From NCBI GenBank assembly GCA_000993205.1, contig LBVU01000004.1:208030-272029 (forward strand): a stretch of 64,000 nt of DNA. The letters run 5' to 3'. Shown one piece after another: positions 55,043-64,000 of this stretch. A program made the position numbers and the translations under genes. Within the stretch, counting starts at the first letter, position 1, and each line of letters opens with the position of its first letter. This DNA comes from Candidatus Woesebacteria bacterium GW2011_GWB1_39_10. Lineage in GTDB: Bacteria; Patescibacteriota; Microgenomatia; UBA8517. The notes beneath the pieces were generated by a model, which saw only the letters and a program-made list of their open reading frames with translations, ran no database searches and was not told where the DNA came from.

Positions 55043-56155
55043 CTATCGCGAGATGTCAAGCGATAAATGCGACCGCAGTTTTTCCATAAGAATGGAGTAA
55101 AAGCGAAGGTTGTGGATTGTAGCAAGGCGCCCAGCAGTAAAATCTCCGATTTTAAATAAATGAGCAAGGTACGCCCTTGAATAGCGTGTACAAAGCAGGC
55201 AATCACATGCAAGACTAACGGGAGAACTGTCTTTATAATAAACTTCCTTGCTTGGAGTAAAAAACGAATAAATTTTTGGAGCAAAAACATCAATTCCTTT
55301 TAGGGAATTTGCGTTATAAACGTAAAGCCTTCCATGCCTGCCATCGCGCGTAGGTAAAACACAATCAAAAATATTAAAACCTAATTTAAAACATTCGACG
55401 ATTTCGTCTGGTTTTCCAACTCCGAGTCCGTATAGAAAATAATCCGGCGGAACATTGTTTGCAATGGATTTTGCGGATTCGTAATCAAAGTTTCCATCTT
55501 CCGTAATCGGCCAGCCGCCGTACCCCAAACCGTCAAATCCTATTTTGACCAGCTCTTTAGTGCAATATTCCCTTAAGTCTTGAAATTTGCCCCCTTGTAC
55601 TACCCCTAATAAATATGGCTGTTTGCTTTTTGCAATATGCTTTATGCGGCAAATTTTGTCAAATTCTTTTTTACTCCGGCGCGCCCAGTCGATTGTTCTT
55701 TCAACTGAGATTTTGGCCTCATCATAATTTGACTTTGGGTCGGTAAAGTCATCTAAAACGACTACCATATCTGTGTTAAGGGTCATTTGAAATTCGATTG
55801 ATTTTTCGGGGGTAAGAATCTTCTTTTTGTTTTGTGACGGGTAAAACACGGCTCCTTCATTTGTAATCTTGCCTTTAAGTTGCCCGGATTTAATAACAGA
55901 CATTACTTGAAACCCGCCGGAGTCGGAAATTACCCCTCCTTTATAGTCCATAAGCTCCCTGATCCCACCAAACTTTTTCAGGACATCTTTTCCAAGTCCC
56001 TGCCACAAATGAAAAGTGTTGACTAAAATTCCCGGAGTTTTGGTACTCTCAAGATCTGTTGTATCAATTGACCTCACAACGGCACGGGTGGCATCAGGAA
56101 AAAATACAGGAAGGGGAATGTCCCCGTTTTTCGATTTAAAGTATTTTCTTGCCAC
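55043..56155 (-). CDS. tgt: queuine tRNA-ribosyltransferase (GTG start)
   Basis: PVFFPDATRAVV, SDSGGFQVMS and the zinc site CDCLLC..H. Confidence 0.85.
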   Translation of the reverse strand: MARKYFKSKNGDIPLPVFFPDATRAVVRSIDTTDLESTKTPGILVNTFHLWQGLGKDVLKKFGGIRELMDYKGGVISDSGGFQVMSVIKSGQLKGKITNEGAVFYPSQNKKKILTPEKSIEFQMTLNTDMVVVLDDFTDPKSNYDEAKISVERTIDWARRSKKEFDKICRIKHIAKSKQPYLLGVVQGGKFQDLREYCTKELVKIGFDGLGYGGWPITEDGNFDYESAKSIANNVPPDYFLYGLGVGKPDEIVECFKLGFNIFDCVLPTRDGRHGRLYVYNANSLKGIDVFAPKIYSFFTPSKEVYYKDSSPVSLACDCLLCTRYSRAYLAHLFKIGDFTAGRLATIHNLRFYSILMEKLRSHLSLDISR

Positions 56156-56175
56156 GAGGAGATTTTAACATCTAA

Positions 56176-56433
56176 CTAGATTAATTTCCTTCGGGGATCG
56201 ATAAAGGGATCCGGATGATCGGTTCCTCCCATTCTGTCGATAGCCTCTAATGACTCGGGGAAAAGATCTTGGCCTTCTTCCATGCGTTTTAAACCAACCG
56301 CCAGCCACTGCGCAATTTGCATATCCGGGGTTATTTGTCCATACCTCATTCCGCGACCATATGCGTCCTTTATCAGGCTCAATCTAATCTGATCAGAATC
56401 GAATAGTACTTCTGTCATGGCCGGATTATACAC
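56176..56433 (-). CDS. hypothetical protein
   Basis: 85 aa open frame. Confidence 0.3.
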   Translation of the reverse strand: MYNPAMTEVLFDSDQIRLSLIKDAYGRGMRYGQITPDMQIAQWLAVGLKRMEEGQDLFPESLEAIDRMGGTDHPDPFIDPRRKLI

Positions 56434-56947
56434 CTAAAAACGCTAGCGAACTTGCACCAGCATACGCAATCGCACTAAATTTGATAAGTTTTCCCAACCA
56501 AACAGCTATTAGATATTTTTTAACCGAAACTTCGGTTGCTCCGGCCACAAATCCTGCCATATCAAATATCGGGTTAGGAATTGCGGCCAATAAAAAAAGT
56601 GTCAAAAAACCTCGTTTTTTCATCCACCCTCTAATCCTTTGGACTTTTGGATCCTTTTCCAAAATATCTTCAGCACCGTACCCGGCCAAATACCCAGTAA
56701 GTTCACCTATTGCCGAACCCGCCGATGCCACTACGGCCACCAAAATTGGATTATAAATTGAACCCGCGACAAAAGCGGTTAAAAAAAGTGGAGTGGGCAA
56801 AAAAATAGTGGCGCTTCCTAAAATATTTAAGACAAAGAGACCTAAAAATCCATAACCCTGAAGAGTTACTAATTTATCTCTGAAGATAAAAATTGAAATT
56901 GAAAGAACTATAGCCAGAACTATCACCCATACTTTTGAATGCTTCAC
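56426..56947 (-). CDS. DedA/TVP38 (SNARE-associated) family small membrane protein
   Basis: GYGFLGLFVLNILGSATIFLPTPLFLTAFVAGSIYNP is the DedA core. Confidence 0.55.
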   Translation of the reverse strand: MKHSKVWVIVLAIVLSISIFIFRDKLVTLQGYGFLGLFVLNILGSATIFLPTPLFLTAFVAGSIYNPILVAVVASAGSAIGELTGYLAGYGAEDILEKDPKVQRIRGWMKKRGFLTLFLLAAIPNPIFDMAGFVAGATEVSVKKYLIAVWLGKLIKFSAIAYAGASSLAFLGV

Positions 56948-57456
56948 TATTCTACTTTAAGGAGTTCCACCTCAAAAATCAAAGTGGCGCCGCCGGGAAT
57001 CGCGCCAGGAATACCATTAGGGCCATAAGCCAAGTCTGATGGAATTGTTAATTTTCTTTTTCCGCCAACTTTCATGCCGGCAAAGCCTTGGTCCCAACCT
57101 TTTATAACTTCACCCGCGCCCAAATTAAAAGAAAAGGGAGTCCCGCGGTCGTAAGAACTATCGAACTTTGTTCCATCGGTAAGAGTTCCCGAATAATTAA
57201 CTGTTATTTTTTTACCTACAACCGCCTCCGCTCCTGTTCCGATTATTTCATCTACTATTATTAATTTGTTTTCCATTTTTGGATTGGCTGAACCTGTTGC
57301 AATTGGTTCGGCCGAAGGTTCAATTGTAACTGAAGGAGTTGTGGTTGCCAAGGGTTGATTATTTATGGAATTTTTGGGACTAAAAATATAAATTCCGACG
57401 ACGATGGCCAGAACCGCCACAAAAATCATTATGTATAAGTTATTTTTGTTTTCCAT
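56947..57456 (-). CDS. FKBP-type peptidyl-prolyl cis-trans isomerase, membrane anchored
   Basis: VNYSGTLTDGTKFDSSYDRGTPFSFNLGAGEVIKGWDQGFAGMKVGGKRKLTIPSDLAYG. Confidence 0.75.
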   Translation of the reverse strand: MENKNNLYIMIFVAVLAIVVGIYIFSPKNSINNQPLATTTPSVTIEPSAEPIATGSANPKMENKLIIVDEIIGTGAEAVVGKKITVNYSGTLTDGTKFDSSYDRGTPFSFNLGAGEVIKGWDQGFAGMKVGGKRKLTIPSDLAYGPNGIPGAIPGGATLIFEVELLKVE

Positions 57457-57664
57457 TTTGTTTTAATTTTAAATATTCGTCCAAAATTTTTTCTGCCCAA
57501 AAAAGCCTACTGATTTGATTATCGGTTTTAAGACCTTCAAATGTTATACCAGATTTGTCCAAAAATTCCAAGCCAACTTTGTTTGATCCTTTTGCAAGAT
57601 AAAATGCCGCCCGGTAAAGATTGGCCAATTTGTCCGATGCTCGGGAAAATTTATTTAATGCCAT
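57440..57664 (-). CDS. hypothetical small protein
   Basis: 74 aa open frame. Confidence 0.25.
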   Translation of the reverse strand: MALNKFSRASDKLANLYRAAFYLAKGSNKVGLEFLDKSGITFEGLKTDNQISRLFWAEKILDEYLKLKQNGKQK

Positions 57665-57993
57665 AATTTCTCAAAATATTCTTTTACAATACTAACAAAT
57701 TTTTCCCGTCTTGTAGAATCCAATATTTCCATGCTGTCGTTTCCAAGTCTTGAACGAATATTTAATACAGCCGTTGTATCGATGATTTTATCTTCTAAGT
57801 TTAATCCTCCACCCCAAATGTTGTCCTGTTTTCCACCCTTTTCGAGAAGAATTTTTTCCCCATCTGCATGAAGTTCGCAACCAACTATGATTTTTTTATT
57901 TTCTAGATCCGCTGTTATTTTTACATAATTCCCAAATTCTTTTTTAATATTCTCAATCTCGGTTTTAGAAAGAACCTTGTCCATATATTTCAT
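57655..57993 (-). CDS. hypothetical protein
   Basis: 112 aa open frame. Confidence 0.3.
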   Translation of the reverse strand: MKYMDKVLSKTEIENIKKEFGNYVKITADLENKKIIVGCELHADGEKILLEKGGKQDNIWGGGLNLEDKIIDTTAVLNIRSRLGNDSMEILDSTRREKFVSIVKEYFEKLWH

Positions 57994-58115
57994 ATTTAGT
58001 TGAAGTATATGAGAAATTGAAAGGAATTTAAAGGATGTTAAAAAACTATTACCATGGGAAGAATCAAACTACCTACTTGCGCAGTATATGGGTTTTTAAA
58101 AGAAATTTAAAGAGG

Positions 58116-58160
58116 TTTGTTGACATCTATCCGATTAATCGATTATTCGGATAGATATGT
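58116..58160. promoter_or_regulatory. 45-bp near-palindrome TTGACATCTATCCGA-TTAATCGATTA-TTCGGATAGATATGTCAA
   Basis: 15-bp arms with one 2-nt indel and a palindromic centre. It lies between the secA stop and the start of the 57993 operon. Confidence 0.4.
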
Positions 58161-58189
58161 CAAATTAACCCTCGAAAAATTGTATCAAA

Positions 58190-60934
58190 CTATTGAGGCA
58201 ACTGAGGATAATGGCACTTTTTCCACTTTTTGCCACTACCGCACCAACAGGGGTCATTGCGGCTCAACTTGCGACTCGATACTTGTGACTCGATACTTGA
58301 TGGGAATGCTTTAGTACCTGATTTAGAAGTTTGATCTGCGTTGCCTGAAAGACCGGTTGTATCGGATTTGTCTAGATTTTCTCGGGCTAAGTTAAGTGGA
58401 ATTTCGGACTGGGGTTGCGCGACTCCAATACGGAAAATTCTGTGAGAAAGCTCTTCGTCTACCCTGTCAATTAATCTTTCAAAAAGATTGAAGGCTTCAT
58501 TTTTAAATTCGACTAAGGGGTCGCGCTGTCCGTAGGCCCTAAGTGTCACGCCTTCTCTAAGGTCGTCAATGTGGTCAATATGGTCCATCCACAAGTGGTC
58601 AATTGCACCAAGGTAGGCATACTTTTCCACCTCGCGCATAACTTTTTCCCCTAAATCTTTTTCCCTTTTTCCGTAAACATCAGTTAAAATCTGAAGCATA
58701 AACTCATTGATTTTTGCCTGCCCGCCAATGCTTTGCTCAGGCGCATGCAGGTGGGATATTTGATTTTTGATATTTCTTAACGATGCATCGTCAAAAGGAA
58801 TTATGTCCGCAAAACCCACAGCCAGCTGATCTGCATCCAGTTTTTCATCCGCCTGAGAGGTGGCGAGAAGGATGTTTTTTTCGATTTGATGTTTAAGTTT
58901 TTCGACCACTTCATCTTTAACGTCGGTAGAGTCGAGAATTCTCCTTCTTAATTTATAGACAATCTCTCTTTGTTGGTTTGCAACATCATCGTATTCTACA
59001 AGACGTTTACGGATATCAAAATGAAATCCTTCGACTTTCACCTGCGCCTGCTCAATTGCACGCCCAATTAGCGAATTTTCAATTGGTTGATCTTCAGGAA
59101 GGTTAAGCCTGTCCATAATTCCACTAATTTGTTCCCCGCCAAATATGCGCATTAGGTCGTCTTCCAGTGAAAGATAAAAACGAGAAGAACCCGGGTCGCC
59201 CTGACGTCCTGCCCGACCGCGCAACTGATTGTCTACACGACGGGCTTCATGGCGTTCGGTGCCAATTACATGCAAACCACCCGCACTAACCACTTTTTCG
59301 TGTAGATCCTTCCACATTTTGTATTCCTTAGATGATTCGTACTTTTCATTTGTCTCCCCCGCCTTTCTGTCCGGTTGCGCGCCTCCTAAAACTATGTCGA
59401 CACCTCGTCCTGCCATGTTTGTGGCAACTGTTACCCCACCTGGTTTACCGGCTCCTGCAATTATTTCTGCCTCTTTTTCGTGATTTTTGGCATTTAAAAC
59501 ATTGTGGGGAATCTTTTTTCTTTTTAGATATTCTGAAACAATTTCGTTTTTCTCGATCGAGGTGGTTCCCACAAGAACCGGCTGGCCATTTTTATAGCAT
59601 TCCGAAATTTCTTCAACCATGGCTCCATACTTTCCACGCAGGGTTTTGAAAATCTGGTCGGGTTTATCTTTCCTGACCATTGGCATGTGTGTAGGAATAG
59701 CTATGACCTCCAGTTTGTAAATCTTTCTAAACTCCTCCGCCTCGGTAGAGGCAGTTCCCGTCATACCAGATAGATGCTCATACATTCTGAAGTAGTTCTG
59801 GAAAGAGATAGTCGCCAAGGTTTTACTTTCTTGTTGAATCGTCACGCTTTCTTTTGCCTCAACTGCCTGGTGAAGTCCGTCGCTCCAGCGCCTGCCAACC
59901 ATAAGTCGGCCCGTAAATTCATCGACAATTGTGACCTGATTGTCTTTTACCACATAATCTTTGTCTTTTAGATAAAGTGTTTTGGCCCTAAGCGCGTTCT
60001 CTATATGATGAATTGAGTCAAAATCTTTCTCATATAAATTATCTATACCGAGTATTTTTTCTACTCGAGTAATTCCTGTCTCCGTTAAGGTCGCGCTCTT
60101 AGCTTTTTCGTCGATCTTAAAATCTGTATCCGGATTTAATTTTTCAACTAAGTGCGCGAATTCGTAATATTTTTTTGTAGGTTCTGTGTCGGGAGCCGAA
60201 ATAATTAGAGGGGTACGGGCTTCGTCGATTAAAATAGAGTCAACTTCGTCCACTATTGCAAAATAATGCCCACGCTGAACCATTTCCGGCAGACTTGATA
60301 CCATGTTATCGCGCAAGTAGTCGAATCCAAACTCATTATTGGTTCCATACAAGATGTCGCATTTGTAGGCATCGCGCCGCTCAGAGATTTTTAAATGGGC
60401 AAGGCGTTCATCGCCGTGACTTGTGTCAGAAAAATCGGGATCATAGACAAAGGATTTTGTTTCTTGGATTATCGAACCGGTTGTTAGTCCCAAAAGATGA
60501 AAAACGGGCCCGTTCCAGCCAGCGTCACGACGTGCCAAATAATCGTTAACGGTTACCAGATGCACTCCGCGGCCGGTGAGAGCGCGAAGATAAAGAGCGG
60601 GAACAGCCGAAAGCGTTTTTCCTTCTCCTGTTTTTTGCTCAGCAACTCGGCCTTCAAATAAAGCAGTAGCGGCAATAAGTTGAACGTCATAGTGGCGTTT
60701 ACCTAAAACACGATAGGTTGCCTCACGCACCAATGCGTACGCCTCAGGTAAAATCGCTATTAGCTCTTCGCCTTTCGCTATTCGCTTTTTGAACTCTTCA
60801 GTTTTCTTTTTAAAATCGGAGTCTTTAAGTTTTTTAGCTTTTGGTTCATAAGAATTTATTTTTTCGACAATCTTTTTAAGCCTATCTACCTCGCGGGCAT
60901 TAAGATCGAGAAGTTTGGAAAATATGTTTAACAC
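58190..60934 (-). CDS. secA: preprotein translocase ATPase SecA
   Basis: 914 aa with DEAD-like motor motifs and a C-terminal zinc finger CWCGSGKKWKKCH. Confidence 0.9.
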   Translation of the reverse strand: MLNIFSKLLDLNAREVDRLKKIVEKINSYEPKAKKLKDSDFKKKTEEFKKRIAKGEELIAILPEAYALVREATYRVLGKRHYDVQLIAATALFEGRVAEQKTGEGKTLSAVPALYLRALTGRGVHLVTVNDYLARRDAGWNGPVFHLLGLTTGSIIQETKSFVYDPDFSDTSHGDERLAHLKISERRDAYKCDILYGTNNEFGFDYLRDNMVSSLPEMVQRGHYFAIVDEVDSILIDEARTPLIISAPDTEPTKKYYEFAHLVEKLNPDTDFKIDEKAKSATLTETGITRVEKILGIDNLYEKDFDSIHHIENALRAKTLYLKDKDYVVKDNQVTIVDEFTGRLMVGRRWSDGLHQAVEAKESVTIQQESKTLATISFQNYFRMYEHLSGMTGTASTEAEEFRKIYKLEVIAIPTHMPMVRKDKPDQIFKTLRGKYGAMVEEISECYKNGQPVLVGTTSIEKNEIVSEYLKRKKIPHNVLNAKNHEKEAEIIAGAGKPGGVTVATNMAGRGVDIVLGGAQPDRKAGETNEKYESSKEYKMWKDLHEKVVSAGGLHVIGTERHEARRVDNQLRGRAGRQGDPGSSRFYLSLEDDLMRIFGGEQISGIMDRLNLPEDQPIENSLIGRAIEQAQVKVEGFHFDIRKRLVEYDDVANQQREIVYKLRRRILDSTDVKDEVVEKLKHQIEKNILLATSQADEKLDADQLAVGFADIIPFDDASLRNIKNQISHLHAPEQSIGGQAKINEFMLQILTDVYGKREKDLGEKVMREVEKYAYLGAIDHLWMDHIDHIDDLREGVTLRAYGQRDPLVEFKNEAFNLFERLIDRVDEELSHRIFRIGVAQPQSEIPLNLARENLDKSDTTGLSGNADQTSKSGTKAFPSSIESQVSSRKLSRNDPCWCGSGKKWKKCHYPQLPQ

Positions 60935-60984
60935 AGAGTAATTCTAGCAGATTGGACGAATCAATACTAAATCAGGAAAAATAC

Positions 60985-61019
60985 TGGTTCGTAGCCTCAT
61001 TCCGATCCCGGATCGGAAA
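60985..61019. repeat. REP-like palindrome family 2, solitary copy (CTGGTTCGTAGCCTCATTCCGATCCCGGATCGGAA)
   Basis: Matches the copy at 48461-48495. It abuts the stop codon of gene 61020..61991. Confidence 0.7.
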
Positions 61020-61991
61020 TTACTTTTCTCCAACTAGAAGCATGGTACTGTCGGGGTAAGGGGCAGGGACCAATTTTCCACTATTGTCTAAACGGTAAAC
61101 CTTAAAATCTCTTGAATAATGAGTATCCCTAAGGTATGGTAAAAGGTAACTTACAGCGTGAACTACTTTCAATCCGAACATCCTAAGAACCTTCTGATAT
61201 TCATTTAGTGTCCAAATTCCAAATTTCTCGGAAAGCTCAACCGGCAAATTTTCCTCAGCATAATGATACTTTGATAGCATCTCATTAGTATCCTGAGAAC
61301 CAATCTTTATAAGAAGGTTGTTTCTTTCAACTTCTCCAAAACTTGGAGCATTCCTAACTGCAAAATTATTTCCATTAAATTTGCCAAACGTAAAATCCAC
61401 ATTTTTTACCGCGCTAAAACCATTTATAAACTTTAAAAATCTATTATATGCAAAGTAGTTAAGTGGTTCTACAAAAAGAGTCTCCGGTTCGGGCATAACT
61501 CCGTCACGAATAATCAGTCTCCCTCCTTTTTTAAAGTTTTTATTATTCGCAACATTGTGTAAAGCCTGAACGACAGTACTGAAGTCAAAACCATTTCCCG
61601 AATATACTTCATGAAGAGCCGACACAAATATTGCCGTATCAAAAGATTTGTCGTAGGCAAAATCGACAGCATCTGCCTGAACAACGTCAATATTTTTTGT
61701 TCCGGAAAAACGTTTTTTGAGCCTTTCTACCATATTGCCGGAAAAATCAATTGGTACAAACTCGCTAGCCGGAAATCTTGCAGTCAAACCTGCCGTAACC
61801 GCGCCCGCCCCCGCGCATATATCCAGTATTCGACCCGGTTTTACAAACGGGGAAATTTCATCAACTTTTGCAGGTCCGCTTTTTTCCATGCTATCAACAT
61901 AAATTTTCTGACCAAAGGTCTGACGCTCACCAAGCCCCACTTGAATAGACATACTATTTAATGTTTCCATTGCCAAGCATGATACACCCAA
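61020..61991 (-). CDS. class I SAM-dependent methyltransferase
   Basis: ILDICAGAGAVTAGL (motif I) and AIFVSALHEV. Confidence 0.5.
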   Translation of the reverse strand: MGVSCLAMETLNSMSIQVGLGERQTFGQKIYVDSMEKSGPAKVDEISPFVKPGRILDICAGAGAVTAGLTARFPASEFVPIDFSGNMVERLKKRFSGTKNIDVVQADAVDFAYDKSFDTAIFVSALHEVYSGNGFDFSTVVQALHNVANNKNFKKGGRLIIRDGVMPEPETLFVEPLNYFAYNRFLKFINGFSAVKNVDFTFGKFNGNNFAVRNAPSFGEVERNNLLIKIGSQDTNEMLSKYHYAEENLPVELSEKFGIWTLNEYQKVLRMFGLKVVHAVSYLLPYLRDTHYSRDFKVYRLDNSGKLVPAPYPDSTMLLVGEK

Positions 61992-62143
61992 AACCCTCCA
62001 AAAGCAATACTATAGGAAATAAAATCATGCGCAAAAAAAAGGAGAACTCTTTGAAACACCCAGGGGGTGAAGCAAAAAATTCTCCTTTGTACTAACACGT
62101 ACCAAACTTGAGCCTTGAGGGCGTCTTCAGATATCCCTGCAAT

Positions 62144-62923
62144 TTAGGGAGTGAAGAAGCTGCTCTGGCTTCCGCCTGCAATCTTGGTCTGTGAGGTCTT
62201 GATGACGCTCGAGCTCCAGGTGCCGAATGCGCGGCGGCGGCCCGCGGGGGTCTTATCGAACTGCTTGGGATCGGGGAATCCCATCGAATTGGCCAAAACC
62301 GTTTCGTCAACGTCATTCCCCAATGCAATCAGGGTGAATGTTGCGTTTTCGCGTTTTCGACGAATTTCCTCGACAACGGTCTTGACATCCTGCGCTGACG
62401 CATGGCTTGAGTTATCATCCCCGTCCGTAAGCACGGCCACGTTCAGCTTGACACGCATGCCCTGCTGCTTGAGCGTATTCTCGTAATCCACCAAACCAGT
62501 GAGACCGTCAAGAATTGCGTCATAAAGCGCAGTACCACCGTCAGGGTGATAGTCTGTCAACTTTTCCACCAGATCCATGGTCAGGTAACTATGGATAAGG
62601 CGTGAGCGTGTATTGAAAGCCCAAAGGGTCAGAAGGATCTGGTCTGCTTGCTTGCTGCCACGAATGGCGTCAATGTTGTCGTCGTACTCGCGTACAACTT
62701 GGGCTTGGTCGTCATCCATCGACCCACTTTCGTCAAGAATGACAAGGGCCAAGGTGACTTCATCAGCAACATTCAGATCGTTGACATCGGGACCGGCTGC
62801 CCCTGCGACATTTTTTGCACTCAGGTTCTTGACCAGAATGTTTTGAGCTGCCTGGGAAAGGCCGGAGGCGACGATTGACTGCGAGGCCTGAGCCTTACTT
62901 GATTTGACAGTGTTTTTAGACAT
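62144..62923 (-). CDS. von Willebrand factor type A (vWA) domain protein (start MSKNTV at 62923)
   Basis: MIDAS motif LVILDESGSMDDD with downstream T and D residues (TLWAF, LTDGDDN). Confidence 0.55.
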   Translation of the reverse strand: MSKNTVKSSKAQASQSIVASGLSQAAQNILVKNLSAKNVAGAAGPDVNDLNVADEVTLALVILDESGSMDDDQAQVVREYDDNIDAIRGSKQADQILLTLWAFNTRSRLIHSYLTMDLVEKLTDYHPDGGTALYDAILDGLTGLVDYENTLKQQGMRVKLNVAVLTDGDDNSSHASAQDVKTVVEEIRRKRENATFTLIALGNDVDETVLANSMGFPDPKQFDKTPAGRRRAFGTWSSSVIKTSQTKIAGGSQSSFFTP

Positions 62924-62977
62924 TTCATCCTCCTTGTGGATGAGAAAGGTAATAAGAGGCGGAACCAAAACTTAGAA

Positions 62978-63901
62978 CTACTTAAGCGGGTCGGTGCTCT
63001 TGACCACAACTACGCCCTTTTTGACCATTTCGTCGAGCGAAGCTTTGGCAAGCATCGCAAAATCGATGGTGGGGTGCGCGACCGGTGAGGTGCAGTCGAT
63101 CATGAAGTGAAGCTTTTTGATGACATCCGGTTGATTACCGAAATGTTTTACTTCCTGCTTCATTGTTTCGTCCACACAGTGGCTCCAAGCCTCGCCGCCT
63201 TCATTGATCTCATCATAACCGGCCACCATGTCCAGCGCATCGACATCAATAAGAGAGGCTGGGTCTTTGGGGTCGGGAATTTCTGCGCCGAAGATGCCAT
63301 AGTGCTCAACACGTGGGTCAGTACCCTTTGTAATAAACCAGGGTTTTGTCTGACGTGCAGCGGCATGCCAAGCGATCGCTTCAGCAAGCGCCGGGACGAG
63401 CTTTTGGCCATCCGTGCCAACCAGGCAGTGGTACGGCCAAATCATCAGGTTCTTTTTGGCATTCTTTTCCAAAAGATCCACATAACGAACAGACCACGCG
63501 GGATCAACCAAAGCCTGCCATTTACCTGCCCTGATATCTGCCAAGGTAATCGGCGTAAAAGGATCAGGGTGCTTGTGGTTTTCCAGATTCATCCACCATT
63601 CTGGGTGGAAAATCATACGTGAAATGTGGGTGTCGAGACTGGCTGCAATCGTTGTTATCTTGTCCGCATTGCGGTAGATAAACTCAATAATGCGCTGAAT
63701 GTCACCGATTGCGCCCGGAACCGGAAGAGCCCCATCAGGGTGAACAAAGTCACGCTGCGGATCTACCAAAAGTAGAAGCCGACGAAACTTGTCGTCAGTG
63801 GCCGGTTTGAGACCAACTTTTTTACCGAGAGCCTCATGCTTCTTCAGATCCGGGTCATAGTTCTGACCCAAAACCGAAGGGTTTAAAAGTGATGTTGCCA
63901 T
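62978..63901 (-). CDS. isochorismatase-like cysteine hydrolase family protein (long form, 307 aa)
   Basis: LLLLVDPQRDF (catalytic Asp region) and GEAWSHCVDETM (nucleophile Cys) match the isochorismatase/nicotinamidase fold. Confidence 0.5.
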   Translation of the reverse strand: MATSLLNPSVLGQNYDPDLKKHEALGKKVGLKPATDDKFRRLLLLVDPQRDFVHPDGALPVPGAIGDIQRIIEFIYRNADKITTIAASLDTHISRMIFHPEWWMNLENHKHPDPFTPITLADIRAGKWQALVDPAWSVRYVDLLEKNAKKNLMIWPYHCLVGTDGQKLVPALAEAIAWHAAARQTKPWFITKGTDPRVEHYGIFGAEIPDPKDPASLIDVDALDMVAGYDEINEGGEAWSHCVDETMKQEVKHFGNQPDVIKKLHFMIDCTSPVAHPTIDFAMLAKASLDEMVKKGVVVVKSTDPLK

Positions 63902-64000
63902 TTTTTCTCCTTACTTCATGGTTATTTGAAGAACTCTATCTTGCTTGCTTGCCAAGATTGAGCCTCCAAAACGAATAAGACTGTCTCCACCATCTACAAA

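Larger units (their letters stand above)
62060..63905. other. second GC-rich foreign cassette (about 55% GC) with two minus-strand genes bearing strong SDs
   Basis: Sharp composition change near 62060 and again near 63905. Gene 62144..62923 has the SD AAGGAGGATGAAATG and gene 62978..63901 has AAGGAGAAAAAATG. Confidence 0.65.

Noticed and set aside
54328-55293. 321-aa ORF overlapping tgt
   Set aside because: The N-terminal 98 codons overlap tgt in another frame and are hydrophobic nonsense. The real gene starts at the internal ATG (54999) and encodes the LytR_C-domain protein.
58270-58300. 13-bp direct repeat GACTCGATACTTG x2 near the 3' end of secA
   Set aside because: It encodes SIESQVSS in the non-conserved C-terminal linker. 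A single duplication is not a functional repeat array.
62037-62105. 22-aa mini-ORF (MRKKKENSLKHPGGEAKNSPLY) inside the boundary hairpin of the second GC-rich cassette
   Set aside because: It is too short and sits within an inverted repeat. There is no evidence that it is translated.
1-64000. CRISPR arrays, tRNA or rRNA genes
   Set aside because: I scanned the intergenic gaps by eye for T-loop GTTCRA motifs and for regularly spaced direct repeats. None were found. All tandem repeats are microsatellites or coding low-complexity tracts.

Overview
This is a low-GC (about 35%) bacterial chromosomal segment with almost every gene on the minus strand. Native genes mostly lack Shine-Dalgarno (SD) motifs and some start at GTG or TTG. 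This gene content (mini FtsEX-M23 module, massive glycosylation repertoire) is, by inference, typical of a CPR/Patescibacteria-like genome. Positions 1-28500 hold a giant surface-glycosylation supercluster: at least 9 GT-C-type polytopic membrane proteins (ArnT/PMT GT39-like and a YfhO/PTPS-related paralog family, including a tandem triplication and a 1037-aa fusion), about 9 GT-A/GT-B transferases, a Wzx-like flippase and a methyltransferase. Downstream are a secreted FG-GAP beta-propeller protein, trmD, rfbBCD plus galU and galE, a CAP-domain protein, ftsE-ftsX-M23 peptidase, prfB, tgt, FKBP and secA. Accessory features are two families of REP-like palindromes associated with IS200-like/RayT Y1 transposases. 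Three compositionally foreign GC-rich cassettes (about 55% GC, with strong SD motifs) each sit next to a REP/RayT copy. There is also a RelE/RHH toxin-antitoxin pair. Several simple-sequence repeats are positioned to cause phase variation: (TC)13 at the 5' end of the FG-GAP surface protein gene, and heptanucleotide tracts in two membrane glycosyltransferase genes. No tRNA, rRNA or CRISPR was found. TGA is used as a stop codon, so the standard code applies.
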